From: Promethearchaeota archaeon
Lineage (GTDB): Archaea > Asgardarchaeota > Lokiarchaeia > Sigyniarchaeales > SOKP01
Reading direction: 5' to 3'
DNA: 64,000 nucleotides
Assembly (NCBI GenBank): GCA_019058245.1
Contig: JAHPZJ010000023.1
Span: 34,028-98,027, forward strand
The notes below the pieces were generated by a model. That model searched no databases, was not told the origin of the DNA, and worked only from the letters and a program-made list of their open reading frames with translations. The translations under genes were made by a program, and so were the position numbers. Shown in pieces: positions 10,070-20,233 of this stretch. How positions within the stretch are numbered: the stretch's first letter is position 1; the number at the start of each line of letters is the position of its first letter.

Positions 10070-10085
10070 AGGGAATTAATTCCCT
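10070..10085. promoter_or_regulatory. Perfect palindrome AGGGAATTAATTCCCT (GGGA-N6-TCCC)
   Basis: 16-bp perfect inverted repeat about 33 nt upstream of ATG 10119. Confidence 0.55.
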
Positions 10086-10118
10086 TTAAATAATAAAAAA
10101 TTTGAAAAATGGTTAAAA

Positions 10119-10472
10119 ATGTCATTAAAATGCCCTGTTTGTGGAACGGAATATTATCATGACCGAAAAATATGTCAAGTATGTGAAGATAAATCAATCT
10201 ATAGTGGTTTAATATGTACTGATGAAAATAAACCTCAAAAGTGGAATTGCGATATCTTCTTAGAATGTGATACATTAGCATTTGGAAGATATAAACCAAA
10301 TAATGCTTATGTTCAAATCGCCAGTGAACCGAAATTTTCAGACTTTAATACAAAAAATGCATACAACTGGAATTGTGTTTCAATAAATAAAATTGAAAGT
10401 ATAGAAGCACCATTAATAACATTTCCAACGATTCCTAAAAGAGATGTAAATACTTCACTGGTTTATGAATGA
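10119..10472 (+). CDS. Zn-ribbon protein of unknown function
   Basis: CPVC...CQVC with two WNC motifs. Confidence 0.75.
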   Translation: MSLKCPVCGTEYYHDRKICQVCEDKSIYSGLICTDENKPQKWNCDIFLECDTLAFGRYKPNNAYVQIASEPKFSDFNTKNAYNWNCVSINKIESIEAPLITFPTIPKRDVNTSLVYE

Positions 10473-10870
10473 AAACTTGAAGATTATGTTTCGTATAATC
10501 TTAACCAAATTTCAAATCAAATAATTTTATTAGAGTTTTTTGATAATTTTTTTCTGTATTGATTTTCTGTAAGAGGAGTACCACTATCAATTAATCCATT
10601 ATTTTTACAATATATTAATTTCGAATATATTTCAAAACGTGCTTTTAACACTACCTATTGTTTAAATCTTGTTTTTAACTATTTTTACTTGGATAGAAGC
10701 TTCTTTGAAAATGCTACTTCGCTAGAATTTCAATTGATTTATTTCTTTTTTTATTTCTCTTTTAATTTTCTTTTGTTGAAAGCTGAATAAATTTTTTTCA
10801 ATTAAAATACCATAAGAAGTTTTGAGAATCAATTTTAAAGTGGATTTTAAAATTTAAAATTTAATCTTAA

Positions 10871-11356
10871 TTATTTCTGCTCGGATAATAGTTCCTCTGA
10901 TTGTATCAATTGATTAAAATCAGTTCGTTCTTTAATTACATTGAGTACTAAATGAGTATTAGTTTTTACTATATATTCCAAACTGTTTAAATTTTTTACA
11001 AAAGTATTCAAATCTTTACGAGATTTAAATCTTGTTAAAAGTACTGCATCATATTCTCCAGTTATGTCATATACGCCAAAAATGTGTGGATCTTGGGATA
11101 TTCCGCGCTCTATCTCAATCATCTTACCTTTAGAGATGGTTAATTCGATTAGTGCAATTATATCAAATCCCAGTTTTTCATAATCAATATTTAAACTATA
11201 ATTTTTTATGATTTTAGCTTCTTCTAATTCATTAATATGTTTATTAATGGTGGTTGGAGATTTATTTAATCTGTCAGCGATGGGACGTAGCTTTAATCGT
11301 GAATCTTCATTTAAAATACCCAAAATTTCTAGGTCTAATTCCTCTGCTTTTTTCAT
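10871..11356 (-). CDS. Lrp/AsnC family transcriptional regulator, divergent from glnA1
   Basis: HTH plus YDITGEYDA; close paralog of the 6755 gene (shared ISKGKM). Confidence 0.93.
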   Translation of the reverse strand: MKKAEELDLEILGILNEDSRLKLRPIADRLNKSPTTINKHINELEEAKIIKNYSLNIDYEKLGFDIIALIELTISKGKMIEIERGISQDPHIFGVYDITGEYDAVLLTRFKSRKDLNTFVKNLNSLEYIVKTNTHLVLNVIKERTDFNQLIQSEELLSEQK

Positions 11357-11411
11357 TTTTTATCTACCTATTAATAATATTGTACGATCTTAAATATAAA
11401 TTATTTCATTT

Positions 11412-11590
11412 TGTCCAATGAATTTGGAGATATATTATAATATTTCCAATTTAATTATTTATTGTTATTAAAATTAGATCACTTGTCCAGAATTTATTTT
11501 AATATAATTGTATATGTCCAAAAATACTTAATATTATTGAACAGAGGCAAAGTTTTTATAATGATTATACAATATTTGATCATAATATAA
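11412..11590 (+). promoter_or_regulatory. glnA1 promoter with phased TGTCCA boxes and TATA
   Basis: TGTCCA at 11412, 11484 and 11515; TTTCCA 11443; TGAACA 11538; TTTATA 11555; TGATCA 11577. Confidence 0.75.
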
Positions 11591-11640
11591 CTTTTAAATA
11601 AAAATATAACTAGAAAAAAAAATATAATTTAAGAAATATT

Positions 11641-13143
11641 ATGACATCAACAAAAGTTAGTCTTCAAAGCGGTAAGATTAGTCCAGATTTAGAAACGATT
11701 AGTACCGCGAAAAAGATATTAGAACAAGAAAAGGTAAAATTTGTCCTATGTGCATTTACTGACGTTCGAGGAATATTTCAGAGTTTTACTACTCCTGTAC
11801 ACCATTTTTTGAAAGGAGATCAATATTTTGAAACTGGAATTGGGTTCGATGGTTCTAGCATAAGAGGCTTTAGAGAGCTTCATACAAGTGATATGATTTT
11901 TTATCCAGATCCTCAAGCACTATATGTCCTCCCATGGACAGAAGGAATTCAAAAAACAGCGGTTATAATAGGTAGTATAAGAGAGCCTTTTGGGAGTATA
12001 GAAGCGGCAGATTGTGATCCTCGAGGTTATGTTGGTCAGCGAGCAGTAGATAAAGCTGCTAGTATGGGATATACCCCATATTTTGGACCTGAAATTGAGT
12101 TTTTTGTGTTTAAATCGATTGATCCAAGTACCTTACACTATGATCTTTTTGTTAGTCCTAAAGGCGGTGCTGGCGACAGTTGGGGACCCCCTCGGGTTGA
12201 TCCAGTATCACCAGAAACGGATATTGGAGGGTACATCTTACGACCTAAGGAAGCATATTTTAGAAATCCCCCAGAAGATACAACTTATGCTTATCGTAAT
12301 GATCTCACATATGCTCTTGAAACAATGGGATATACCGTTGAGATGCATCACCATGAAGTTTCAACAAAAGGTCAAGTTGAACTTAATTACCGATATAGCG
12401 ATTTAATTGATACAGCGGACAAAGTCCAAATATACAAACTCGCAGCAAGAAACATTGCTGCTAAATACGGATGGATCGCAACATTTATGCCGAAACCTAT
12501 TTATTTAGATAACGCAAGTGGAATGCATGTCCATAATTCAATATTTAAGGACGGTGAGAACGCTTTTTGGGATCCTGATGATGATTATGCGGAAATAAGT
12601 CAAATATGTCGGTATTATATTGGAGGTCTTTTAGAACATGCTGAAGCTCTAACAGCAATCTGTTGTCCAACTGTTAATTCATATAAGCGATTAGTACCTG
12701 GTTTTGAAGCACCAATAAACATTATGTATAGTAGAAGAAATAGATCGGCATTAATCCGTATACCAATGTATCTAAAAGGTGAAAAATATAAAAATCGTCG
12801 AAGACTAGAATATCGAGGGGTGGATCCTTCAACAAACTCTTATTTTGCATTTGCTGCTATTCTTACTGCAGGATTGGATGGAATAAAGAAGAAAATCGAT
12901 CCTGGTGATCCAGTAGATAGAGATGTTTATGAAATGTCAGAATCAGAGAAAAAAGCCGCAGGGGTAAAACAATTACCAACTACTTTAAAAGATGCGCTAG
13001 ATGTATTAGAGAGTGATTCAATATCTAAAGAAATTTTAGGTTCACATCTCTATGATGCTTTTGTAGAATACAAAACAAATGAATGGAATCAGTACTGTCT
13101 TTATGTAACTCCATGGGAGATTATGAAGTATCTAGATTACTAA
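11641..13143 (+). CDS. glnA: Glutamine synthetase type I (long form with GSI-beta-like insertion)
   Basis: FDGSSI, GPEIEF, HHEV, FMPKP, SGMHVH, SYKRLVPGFEAP, NRSALIRIP. Confidence 0.95.
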   Translation: MTSTKVSLQSGKISPDLETISTAKKILEQEKVKFVLCAFTDVRGIFQSFTTPVHHFLKGDQYFETGIGFDGSSIRGFRELHTSDMIFYPDPQALYVLPWTEGIQKTAVIIGSIREPFGSIEAADCDPRGYVGQRAVDKAASMGYTPYFGPEIEFFVFKSIDPSTLHYDLFVSPKGGAGDSWGPPRVDPVSPETDIGGYILRPKEAYFRNPPEDTTYAYRNDLTYALETMGYTVEMHHHEVSTKGQVELNYRYSDLIDTADKVQIYKLAARNIAAKYGWIATFMPKPIYLDNASGMHVHNSIFKDGENAFWDPDDDYAEISQICRYYIGGLLEHAEALTAICCPTVNSYKRLVPGFEAPINIMYSRRNRSALIRIPMYLKGEKYKNRRRLEYRGVDPSTNSYFAFAAILTAGLDGIKKKIDPGDPVDRDVYEMSESEKKAAGVKQLPTTLKDALDVLESDSISKEILGSHLYDAFVEYKTNEWNQYCLYVTPWEIMKYLDY

Positions 13144-13145
13144 TT

Positions 13146-13157
13146 ATTTTTTTTTTT
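13146..13157 (+). terminator. Oligo-T archaeal terminator after glnA1
   Basis: T-run directly after the stop codon. Confidence 0.5.
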
Positions 13158-13430
13158 CAAAAATTTTAAGAAGAAAAATCTAAGAAATAATAAAAAAAAT
13201 TATTATAACCATAGATGTATTGGTTGTTATATTATTACAATTTTCAAAAAATAGTTTTGAGCAATAATACCATTATTAAATCAAATTTTAGAATAGTAAA
13301 TTATCGAAATATATCGTTATGAGTCTAATGTAGGAGATATATTAATCAAAAAGTGATTAATTAATTTTCCAACTCAGAAAATTTATCCAAGGATATAAAT
13401 AAATTAAAAAAAGAAAAATGTGAAAAGAAT

Positions 13431-14390
13431 ATGGTATATAGTAGAAGTTTTGAGAGAAGTATAATTAAACTTGGTAATTCTATGGCAATAACATTTCCTC
13501 AGGAATGGTTCCAAAACTCAGATTTACAGGAACATTCAAAAGTATTTGTTCTCCCCGTTGATGATGATACCTTAATTATTCAAAGAAATAATTATATAGA
13601 TTCTGACTCAATTTTGCACATAGATTTAAATAAATGGCCTTCAGATCTATCAGAGCAATTAATTTTAACTGCTTTCAAACTGAATGTAGATCAATTATAT
13701 GTGAAGTATGATCTCAAGAAAAACAAACAAGATTATTTAGTTATGATTAACAAGCTTCAAAGAAAAATAATAGGCTTTGATTATAGTGTATTAAATGATA
13801 ATAGTGGTATAATTATTCGATTTTTATTAGATTCTACAAAAACCACCTTACCTGAAATTTTGATTGAATTGTTTAATACTCTGAAAGAATTTATTATAGG
13901 GGTGCTTGATAAATCATTGGTAATTGATCAAGGTATTTATCAAGAAAAATTTGCGCGAAAATATCATCTAGGAATACGATTATTGCTTGCAACTCTTTTA
14001 AAATATCCTAAATTAGAAGGTGCTATTAATAGACCAATTATTCGTACACTTGGAGATAGAATTACATTGTTATATTCTAGAGAATTAATGAATCATGTTC
14101 TTGCAATAAAAAATCTACCAAAAGAAATGTTGGAAAAATATTCACAAATTCTAATTGATTTCTCTGATCTAATCTTGAGTATCATTGAAAAATATAATAA
14201 TAATATTAAGGAGGAGCTTTTAATATCTTTTCAAAAAAAAATAGATAAATTAAAAAAATCACTTGATACCATTGATCTTGACATAAAACAAGAGGAAAAT
14301 ATGATTAGAAATGTTATATCAAGATTCTTCAGTATTTGTACAGATTTAATAGAAATATCAATTACAAGAATATTAGAAGCGAAATTGTAA
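13431..14390 (+). CDS. AbrB-domain / PhoU-like archaeal regulator
   Basis: N-terminal RSIIKLGNSMAITFPQEW (AbrB-type) followed by helical bundles. Confidence 0.7.
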   Translation: MVYSRSFERSIIKLGNSMAITFPQEWFQNSDLQEHSKVFVLPVDDDTLIIQRNNYIDSDSILHIDLNKWPSDLSEQLILTAFKLNVDQLYVKYDLKKNKQDYLVMINKLQRKIIGFDYSVLNDNSGIIIRFLLDSTKTTLPEILIELFNTLKEFIIGVLDKSLVIDQGIYQEKFARKYHLGIRLLLATLLKYPKLEGAINRPIIRTLGDRITLLYSRELMNHVLAIKNLPKEMLEKYSQILIDFSDLILSIIEKYNNNIKEELLISFQKKIDKLKKSLDTIDLDIKQEENMIRNVISRFFSICTDLIEISITRILEAKL

Positions 14391-14396
14391 TAAAAA

Positions 14397-14984
14397 ATGA
14401 ATGAATTAGAAAATAGTCACAAAATAAAAAATAGGATAACTATTGCAATAGATGAAGATACAAAACTAATATTAAATAAGCTAAATAATCACTCGGAAAG
14501 TTCTCGATCTGAAACAATAAGAAAAGCAATTAAATTTTATCATAAATTTAAGAAAGTGTTTGATAAAAAAGAAAATGGAGTATCTGCTAAGGTGAACACT
14601 TACTTAGAATTACTCTCTCATGGAGAACACATTATTTTAGATGTAGATCATTATTTAAGTTTCTTAAAGTTCATAGAAAATTCACCTGAAAGAGAAAAAT
14701 TTGAGGACATAAATAAATCAATAGGAAGAGCTCATGCGGAAGAATTTTCTCAGGATCTTGATATTACAACTGTACAGAAAGTGGTGGAACGTCTTGAAGC
14801 ATGTAATTTCTTTAAAATTGTTAAAGATTCATCAAATAGATACACATTATTATTGGGTTCTGATATTCAAAAAAACTTCATTAAAACTTTTCTTGAAGAA
14901 GTGTTAAGAGGTATGGGTTTCAATGTTCAAGTAAAAGAAGGCTTCTCAAAACTTAAAATTAGTTTGGATAATATGTCTTATTAA
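14397..14984 (+). CDS. Ribbon-helix-helix (CopG-like) regulator with a C-terminal putative ligand-binding domain
   Basis: RITIAIDE...SRSETIRKAI; starts 6 nt after the previous gene. Confidence 0.75.
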   Translation: MNELENSHKIKNRITIAIDEDTKLILNKLNNHSESSRSETIRKAIKFYHKFKKVFDKKENGVSAKVNTYLELLSHGEHIILDVDHYLSFLKFIENSPEREKFEDINKSIGRAHAEEFSQDLDITTVQKVVERLEACNFFKIVKDSSNRYTLLLGSDIQKNFIKTFLEEVLRGMGFNVQVKEGFSKLKISLDNMSY

Positions 14985-15033
14985 AATAATTTTAAAAAAA
15001 AATTAAAAAAAAGACTAAAAAATTAATTTGTAT

Positions 15034-15375
15034 CTATAAAATATCTTCACCTTTCTCTTTTGTCCTGATTCTTATTGCATTTTCAATGGGAATTATAAAT
15101 ATTTTTCCATCGCCAGGTTTGCCTGTTTGAGCATTTTCTATAATGGTATTAATAATTTCATCGATATTTATTTTATCGCTAATAACTATCTCCAGTTTCA
15201 ATTTATCAATCCATTCGACACAATATTCCCCAGTTCTCCCCACAAACTTTATTCCCCTTTGACTGCCATGTCCTTTGACTTCATTTACGCTCATTCCTTT
15301 AATTCCTTTATCAAATAATCCAGATTTTACAGCTTCTAATTTTTCTGGTCGTATAAAACATTCAATTTTTTTCAT
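15034..15375 (-). CDS. glnK: PII nitrogen regulatory protein
   Basis: MKKIECFIRPEKL, TGKPGDGKIF and RIRT motifs; directly downstream of amtB. Confidence 0.95.
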   Translation of the reverse strand: MKKIECFIRPEKLEAVKSGLFDKGIKGMSVNEVKGHGSQRGIKFVGRTGEYCVEWIDKLKLEIVISDKINIDEIINTIIENAQTGKPGDGKIFIIPIENAIRIRTKEKGEDIL

Positions 15376-15393
15376 TTTTATTTTATACCTCCT

Positions 15394-16593
15394 TTATACT
15401 TTTTCTCCATGGATTGAAATATCTATTCCAACATACTCTTCTTCCTCAGATGCTCTTAAACCCATAAATTTATCAATCACTTTAGCTATTACCCAAGTTA
15501 CTACAAAAGTATATACAATTGTAACTATAACTCCTACTGTTTGAGTCCATACTTGTCCAGAGTTGCCTGTAATTAAACTTGTAGCCCCCACACTAGCAAA
15601 AATTCCAGTAGCAATTGCTCCCCAGATACCACCCCATCCATGAACAGCCCACGCATCTAAAGATTCATCAATTTTCGATTTTGAACGCCAAGTAAGTGCA
15701 CCATAACAGATTGCAGCAACAACAGCTCCAATTATCAATGCAGCCCATGGTTGAACATAGCCAGCAGCAGGAGTAATTGCAACTAGTCCCGCTAAACCAC
15801 CTGTTGCTAATCCAAGAACACTAAATTTTCCTGTTTTATAGTATTCTATAATCATCCAAATTAAACCAGAAGTACTCGCCGCTATGTGAGTATTAACCAT
15901 AGCTAATACCGCAGTACTGTTTGCAGCTAAAGCACTTCCACCATTAAATCCAAACCATCCAATCCAAAGTAGTCCCATTCCAAGTAATACATAAGGAATA
16001 TTTGAAGGCTCCATGGGTTCTTTCTGATATCCTTTCCTTGGACCAATAACCAAGGCGATTGCTAAAGACGCAAATCCTACATTTATATGAACGACCGTGC
16101 CTCCAGCGAAATCTAGGGCGCCTAGAGCTTTTAACCACCCGCCATCACCCCAAACCCAATGAGCTATAGGAGAATATACTATTACGAGCCAGATTGAAAT
16201 AAATATCATGAATGCCTTAAAATTTACTCTCTCTGCGAAAGGACTTGCTATAATCGCTACAGTAATTATTGCAAACATTAACTGAAACACCATATATAAT
16301 AGATGTGGTATTGCATCAGAATATACTGGATATGCATCCGTTCCTACTCCAAAAAGTCCAAGGAAATTAAAACCTCCAATAAATCCACCACCAATATCAG
16401 GAGCAAAAGCAAAACTATAACCAATTATAAACCATGCAACTGTTACAATTGATATTGAGACAAAACACATTGCCATCATATTTATAATATTCTTTTTACG
16501 TAATAGCCCCCCATAAAAGAATGCTAGACCCGGAGTCATAATAAAAACTAACCCAGTACATATTAAGACAAAAGCTATATCTGCACCCGCCAA
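15394..16593 (-). CDS. amtB: Ammonium transporter
   Basis: PGLAFFYGG, FQLMFA, DFAGGTVVH, WFGFNGGS and AVHG (twin His retained). TTG start. Confidence 0.96.
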   Translation of the reverse strand: MAGADIAFVLICTGLVFIMTPGLAFFYGGLLRKKNIINMMAMCFVSISIVTVAWFIIGYSFAFAPDIGGGFIGGFNFLGLFGVGTDAYPVYSDAIPHLLYMVFQLMFAIITVAIIASPFAERVNFKAFMIFISIWLVIVYSPIAHWVWGDGGWLKALGALDFAGGTVVHINVGFASLAIALVIGPRKGYQKEPMEPSNIPYVLLGMGLLWIGWFGFNGGSALAANSTAVLAMVNTHIAASTSGLIWMIIEYYKTGKFSVLGLATGGLAGLVAITPAAGYVQPWAALIIGAVVAAICYGALTWRSKSKIDESLDAWAVHGWGGIWGAIATGIFASVGATSLITGNSGQVWTQTVGVIVTIVYTFVVTWVIAKVIDKFMGLRASEEEEYVGIDISIHGEKV

Positions 16594-16877
16594 ATTTATC
16601 CACTTTTTTAATATTTTAATTTTATTAATATAATTACTTTTAATTTAGATAATATATATTAAATCTTAAATATAATGAAGAATATGAACTATAAAAGGTT
16701 AATTGAGAATTAAAATTATAGGTTAAGATCATTTAGTTAATTTTATTAACAATTATGCATTGTATAATAACAAATTCTTTCATTTTATGAAAAAGTATGA
16801 ATTACTCATAATAGTATAAATAAATAATAATCATTAATCAAATTATAAAGGAAAATTATCTAAATTCTTATAATATC

Positions 16878-18533
16878 ATGAGAAAATTAAAAATTTGTAT
16901 AGGGCAAATTAATCCAATTGTTGGAGATATTGAATATAATGCAGATAAAATCATTACAATTATTAGAAAAAATCAAGATGTTGATATTATTGTATTTCCG
17001 GAAATGGGTCTTGTGGGATATCCTCTGATGGATCACATTCATGATCCGTTAATTAAACATAAAAACTCAGATGCTATTAAAAGAATCAAAAATCTAAATT
17101 CTAAAGCTTCTGTTATTTTAGGAACATTTACAGAACCTAAAGAATTAAAAGGTAAGTTTCAGCCTTTTTACAACTCAGGTTTAGTTATTGAAGGTGAAGA
17201 ATTAAGTTATATTGAAAATAAAAGACTATTGCCAAATTATGATGTATTCGATGAGAGAAGATACTTTTCTTTCGATAACAAGTTTAAACCTGTGAAAATT
17301 AAAGGAGTGAAATGTGGGATCTTAATTTGTGAGGACATATGGGATGAACATTATGAGAAAAATGTTTCAGAGAATTTGGTGATGAATGGAGCAGAAATAT
17401 TGATAGTAATTAATGCTTCTCCATATCATATTAATAAATTTAAACAAAGGGTTGAACTTATTTCTGATAAAGCTAGAAATCTAGCAGTTCCTATCTTTTA
17501 TATTAATATGGTTGGGGGTCTTGACGAAATTATATATGATGGACAGAGTTTTGTAAGTAATAAGTATGGTCAGATAATTTTCAAAGCGAAAGCGTTTGAA
17601 GAAGATGACCCTATTGTAGAAATAGCAATTGATTCAGATAGTCCTATTGAAGAAATAAATTATGAAATAGATTGGAGAGAAGAAGTACTTGAAGCACTTA
17701 AATTAAATATAAGAGATTATTTTTCTAAAACGGGTTTTTTTAAAGGTATAGTTTTAGGATTAAGTGGGGGAATTGATTCAGCTTTTACTGCTTATACTTG
17801 TGCTAAGGCAATTGGATCGGATAAAGTAACGTGTATTATGATGCCAACCCGTTTTACTTCAGAACAGAGTATTAATTTAGCTCGTGATTTATGTGAAAAC
17901 TTAGATATAAAATATATCATTCATCCAATTGACGATATTTTTCTGAGCTATAATCAGGATTTTAAGAAAAATTTGGGAGATTTACCATTTGATATTGCAG
18001 ATGAGAATCTACAGGCTAGAATTCGTGCAACAATATTAATGTATTATTCCAATAAATTTAATTGGCTATTAGTTTCCACAGGCAATAAATCTGAGATAGC
18101 TGTTGGATATTGCACGCTTTATGGAGATACCTGTGGGGGAAAGAATATTCCAGGAGATCTTTTAAAAATACAAATCTATGATATTTGCAAATGGATTAAT
18201 CGAGAAAAAGAAGTAATCCCTAAAGGTATTATTGAAAGACCTCCAACTGCTGAATTGAGAGAAAATCAAAAAGATGAAGACTCATTACCACCTTATAACA
18301 TATTAGATCTTATTTTGAATGAGATTATTAAACATGGAATAGGCAATGAATTAAATCACTTGGAAAAAAAAGCAATTGATAAAGAAACCATAAATTATGT
18401 AAGAAAATTATACTTGAATTCAGAATTTAAACGTAGGCAATTAGTTCAATCAATAAAAGTGAGTGAAAGTGCCTTTGGTATAGGACGTCGATATCCAGTA
18501 TTAAAAAAAATAAATTTAGATAATGAAATTTGA
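16878..18533 (+). CDS. nadE: Glutamine-dependent NAD+ synthetase
   Basis: Nitrilase triad (FPE, NKRLLPNY, ICED) plus SGGIDS, ENLQARIR and TGNKSE. Confidence 0.95.
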   Translation: MRKLKICIGQINPIVGDIEYNADKIITIIRKNQDVDIIVFPEMGLVGYPLMDHIHDPLIKHKNSDAIKRIKNLNSKASVILGTFTEPKELKGKFQPFYNSGLVIEGEELSYIENKRLLPNYDVFDERRYFSFDNKFKPVKIKGVKCGILICEDIWDEHYEKNVSENLVMNGAEILIVINASPYHINKFKQRVELISDKARNLAVPIFYINMVGGLDEIIYDGQSFVSNKYGQIIFKAKAFEEDDPIVEIAIDSDSPIEEINYEIDWREEVLEALKLNIRDYFSKTGFFKGIVLGLSGGIDSAFTAYTCAKAIGSDKVTCIMMPTRFTSEQSINLARDLCENLDIKYIIHPIDDIFLSYNQDFKKNLGDLPFDIADENLQARIRATILMYYSNKFNWLLVSTGNKSEIAVGYCTLYGDTCGGKNIPGDLLKIQIYDICKWINREKEVIPKGIIERPPTAELRENQKDEDSLPPYNILDLILNEIIKHGIGNELNHLEKKAIDKETINYVRKLYLNSEFKRRQLVQSIKVSESAFGIGRRYPVLKKINLDNEI

Positions 18534-18612
18534 AGAATTTCAATATAATTTTTACATAAAATATTATCTTATTAATAAAATTGTATCATCTTCATCTTAA
18601 ATGGGATTCTTT

Positions 18613-18791
18613 TGTCCAGTGAATTTTATCAATTATCATAAATTTTTCATTATAATTTAGGTTCTATAGAAAATTTAATAATCTTGTCCAGAGAATATTC
18701 TAGGATTTGCTTTTCTGTCCATAATATATAGGTTTTACTGGTCAAATATAAACCTTTATATATTGTTTCACACTATTTGTTCATAATATAA
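18613..18791 (+). promoter_or_regulatory. glnA2 promoter with phased TGTCCA boxes and TATA
   Basis: TGTCCA at 18613, 18685 and 18716; TTTTCA 18644; TGGTCA 18739; TTTATA 18755; TGTTCA 18778. Confidence 0.75.
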
Positions 18792-18857
18792 TTTAAAAAA
18801 GAAAATATAATTTAGTATAATAAAATATATTTGAAGAAAAAAATAGAATGAAAAGAA

Positions 18858-20210
18858 ATGATTGAAAAAGATGATCCAGAACGCTGGAAAATTTGCGATA
18901 AAGTTATAGAGACGGTAAAAGAGCAGGATATCAAACTAGTTTACTTTCAATGGACCGATATTCATGGTATACTTAAATCATTTGAGATTAATGCAAAACG
19001 AATCGAAGATTTTCTCCAAGATGGAGAACATTTCGATGGAAGTTCAATTACTGGATATGGAGCTATAGAAGAATCCGATAAAACTGCTATACCAGATCCT
19101 AGTACTTTTGCAATTATGCCTTGGCGAAAGGAGAAAAAAGTCGCTAGATTCATCTGTGATATATACAAACCAGATGGAAATAGATATGAAGGTGATCCGC
19201 GTTATATCCTTCAAAAAGCAGTTAAAAAAGCTTCTGAATTTGGATATACTTATTATTGCGCTCCTGAACTTGAGTTTTTCGTAATCGATACAGATACTGA
19301 GAAGGCATTTAAACCTGGCGATTTGCGTGGATATTTTGATTATGATCCTTATGATATCAACGAACGAATGAGATATAGGATTAATGAATATTGTGATGCT
19401 ATGGGAATTGAAACTGAAGCAATACATCATGAAGTTGCCTATGGTCAACATGAAGTAGATTTTAAATATGATAAAGCAGTAACATCAGCGGACAATACGG
19501 TTACCCTTAAAACCATAATTAAAACTGTTGCAGCTGAAGATGGTATGATTGGAACCTTTATGCCAAAACCATTTGCAGGTATCAATGGTAGTGGTATGCA
19601 TGTTCACCAAAGTATGATGAAAGATGGAAAAAACGCTTTCTATGATGAGAAGGATAATAATTATATATCAATGACCATGAAGAAATTTATCGCAGGACAA
19701 TTAAAACATGCAAAAGCGATGTGTGCAGTGTTAAGTAGTTGGCCAAACTCTTATAAACGTCTAGTTCCTGGATATGAAGCTCCAGTATATATAGCTTGGG
19801 GTTTTAGGAATAGATCACCATTAATAAGGGTCCCCGATTTTAGTGGAAAGCCAAGTTCTGCTCGCTGTGAGATACGATGTCCAGATCCTGCAGGGAATCC
19901 CTATCTTCAATTTGCTGTTTTATTAGCGACAGGTTTGGAGGGAATAATATCTGATGATATTGAAGTTCCTGAAGCTACTGATAAAAATGTATATCATTTT
20001 TCATCCAAAGATCTTGAAAAAGCAGGAATTGATGCATTACCGGGAAGTTTAAGGCAGGCCATTATAGAATTTAGGAATTCAGAATTTATGAAAGAAATAT
20101 TTGGAGAAGAGCCTTGGAAAAACTTCTATTATGCTAAATTGGAGGAATTTGACGCCTATAGAATTAATGTAGGTCAATGGGAAAGAGATAGATATATTGT
20201 AAAATTGTAA
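18858..20210 (+). CDS. glnA: Glutamine synthetase type I (GSI-alpha-like)
   Basis: FDGSSI, APELEF, HHEVAYGQHE, NGSGMHVHQS, SYKRLVPGYEAP. Confidence 0.93.
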   Translation: MIEKDDPERWKICDKVIETVKEQDIKLVYFQWTDIHGILKSFEINAKRIEDFLQDGEHFDGSSITGYGAIEESDKTAIPDPSTFAIMPWRKEKKVARFICDIYKPDGNRYEGDPRYILQKAVKKASEFGYTYYCAPELEFFVIDTDTEKAFKPGDLRGYFDYDPYDINERMRYRINEYCDAMGIETEAIHHEVAYGQHEVDFKYDKAVTSADNTVTLKTIIKTVAAEDGMIGTFMPKPFAGINGSGMHVHQSMMKDGKNAFYDEKDNNYISMTMKKFIAGQLKHAKAMCAVLSSWPNSYKRLVPGYEAPVYIAWGFRNRSPLIRVPDFSGKPSSARCEIRCPDPAGNPYLQFAVLLATGLEGIISDDIEVPEATDKNVYHFSSKDLEKAGIDALPGSLRQAIIEFRNSEFMKEIFGEEPWKNFYYAKLEEFDAYRINVGQWERDRYIVKL

Positions 20211-20233
20211 TTTTTTTTTTATTTTTTTTTTTT
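20211..20233 (+). terminator. Oligo-T terminator after glnA2
   Basis: Long T-run after the stop codon. Confidence 0.5.

Noticed and set aside
10480-10860. Possible decayed gene on the minus strand
   Set aside because: Many stops and no recognisable homology.
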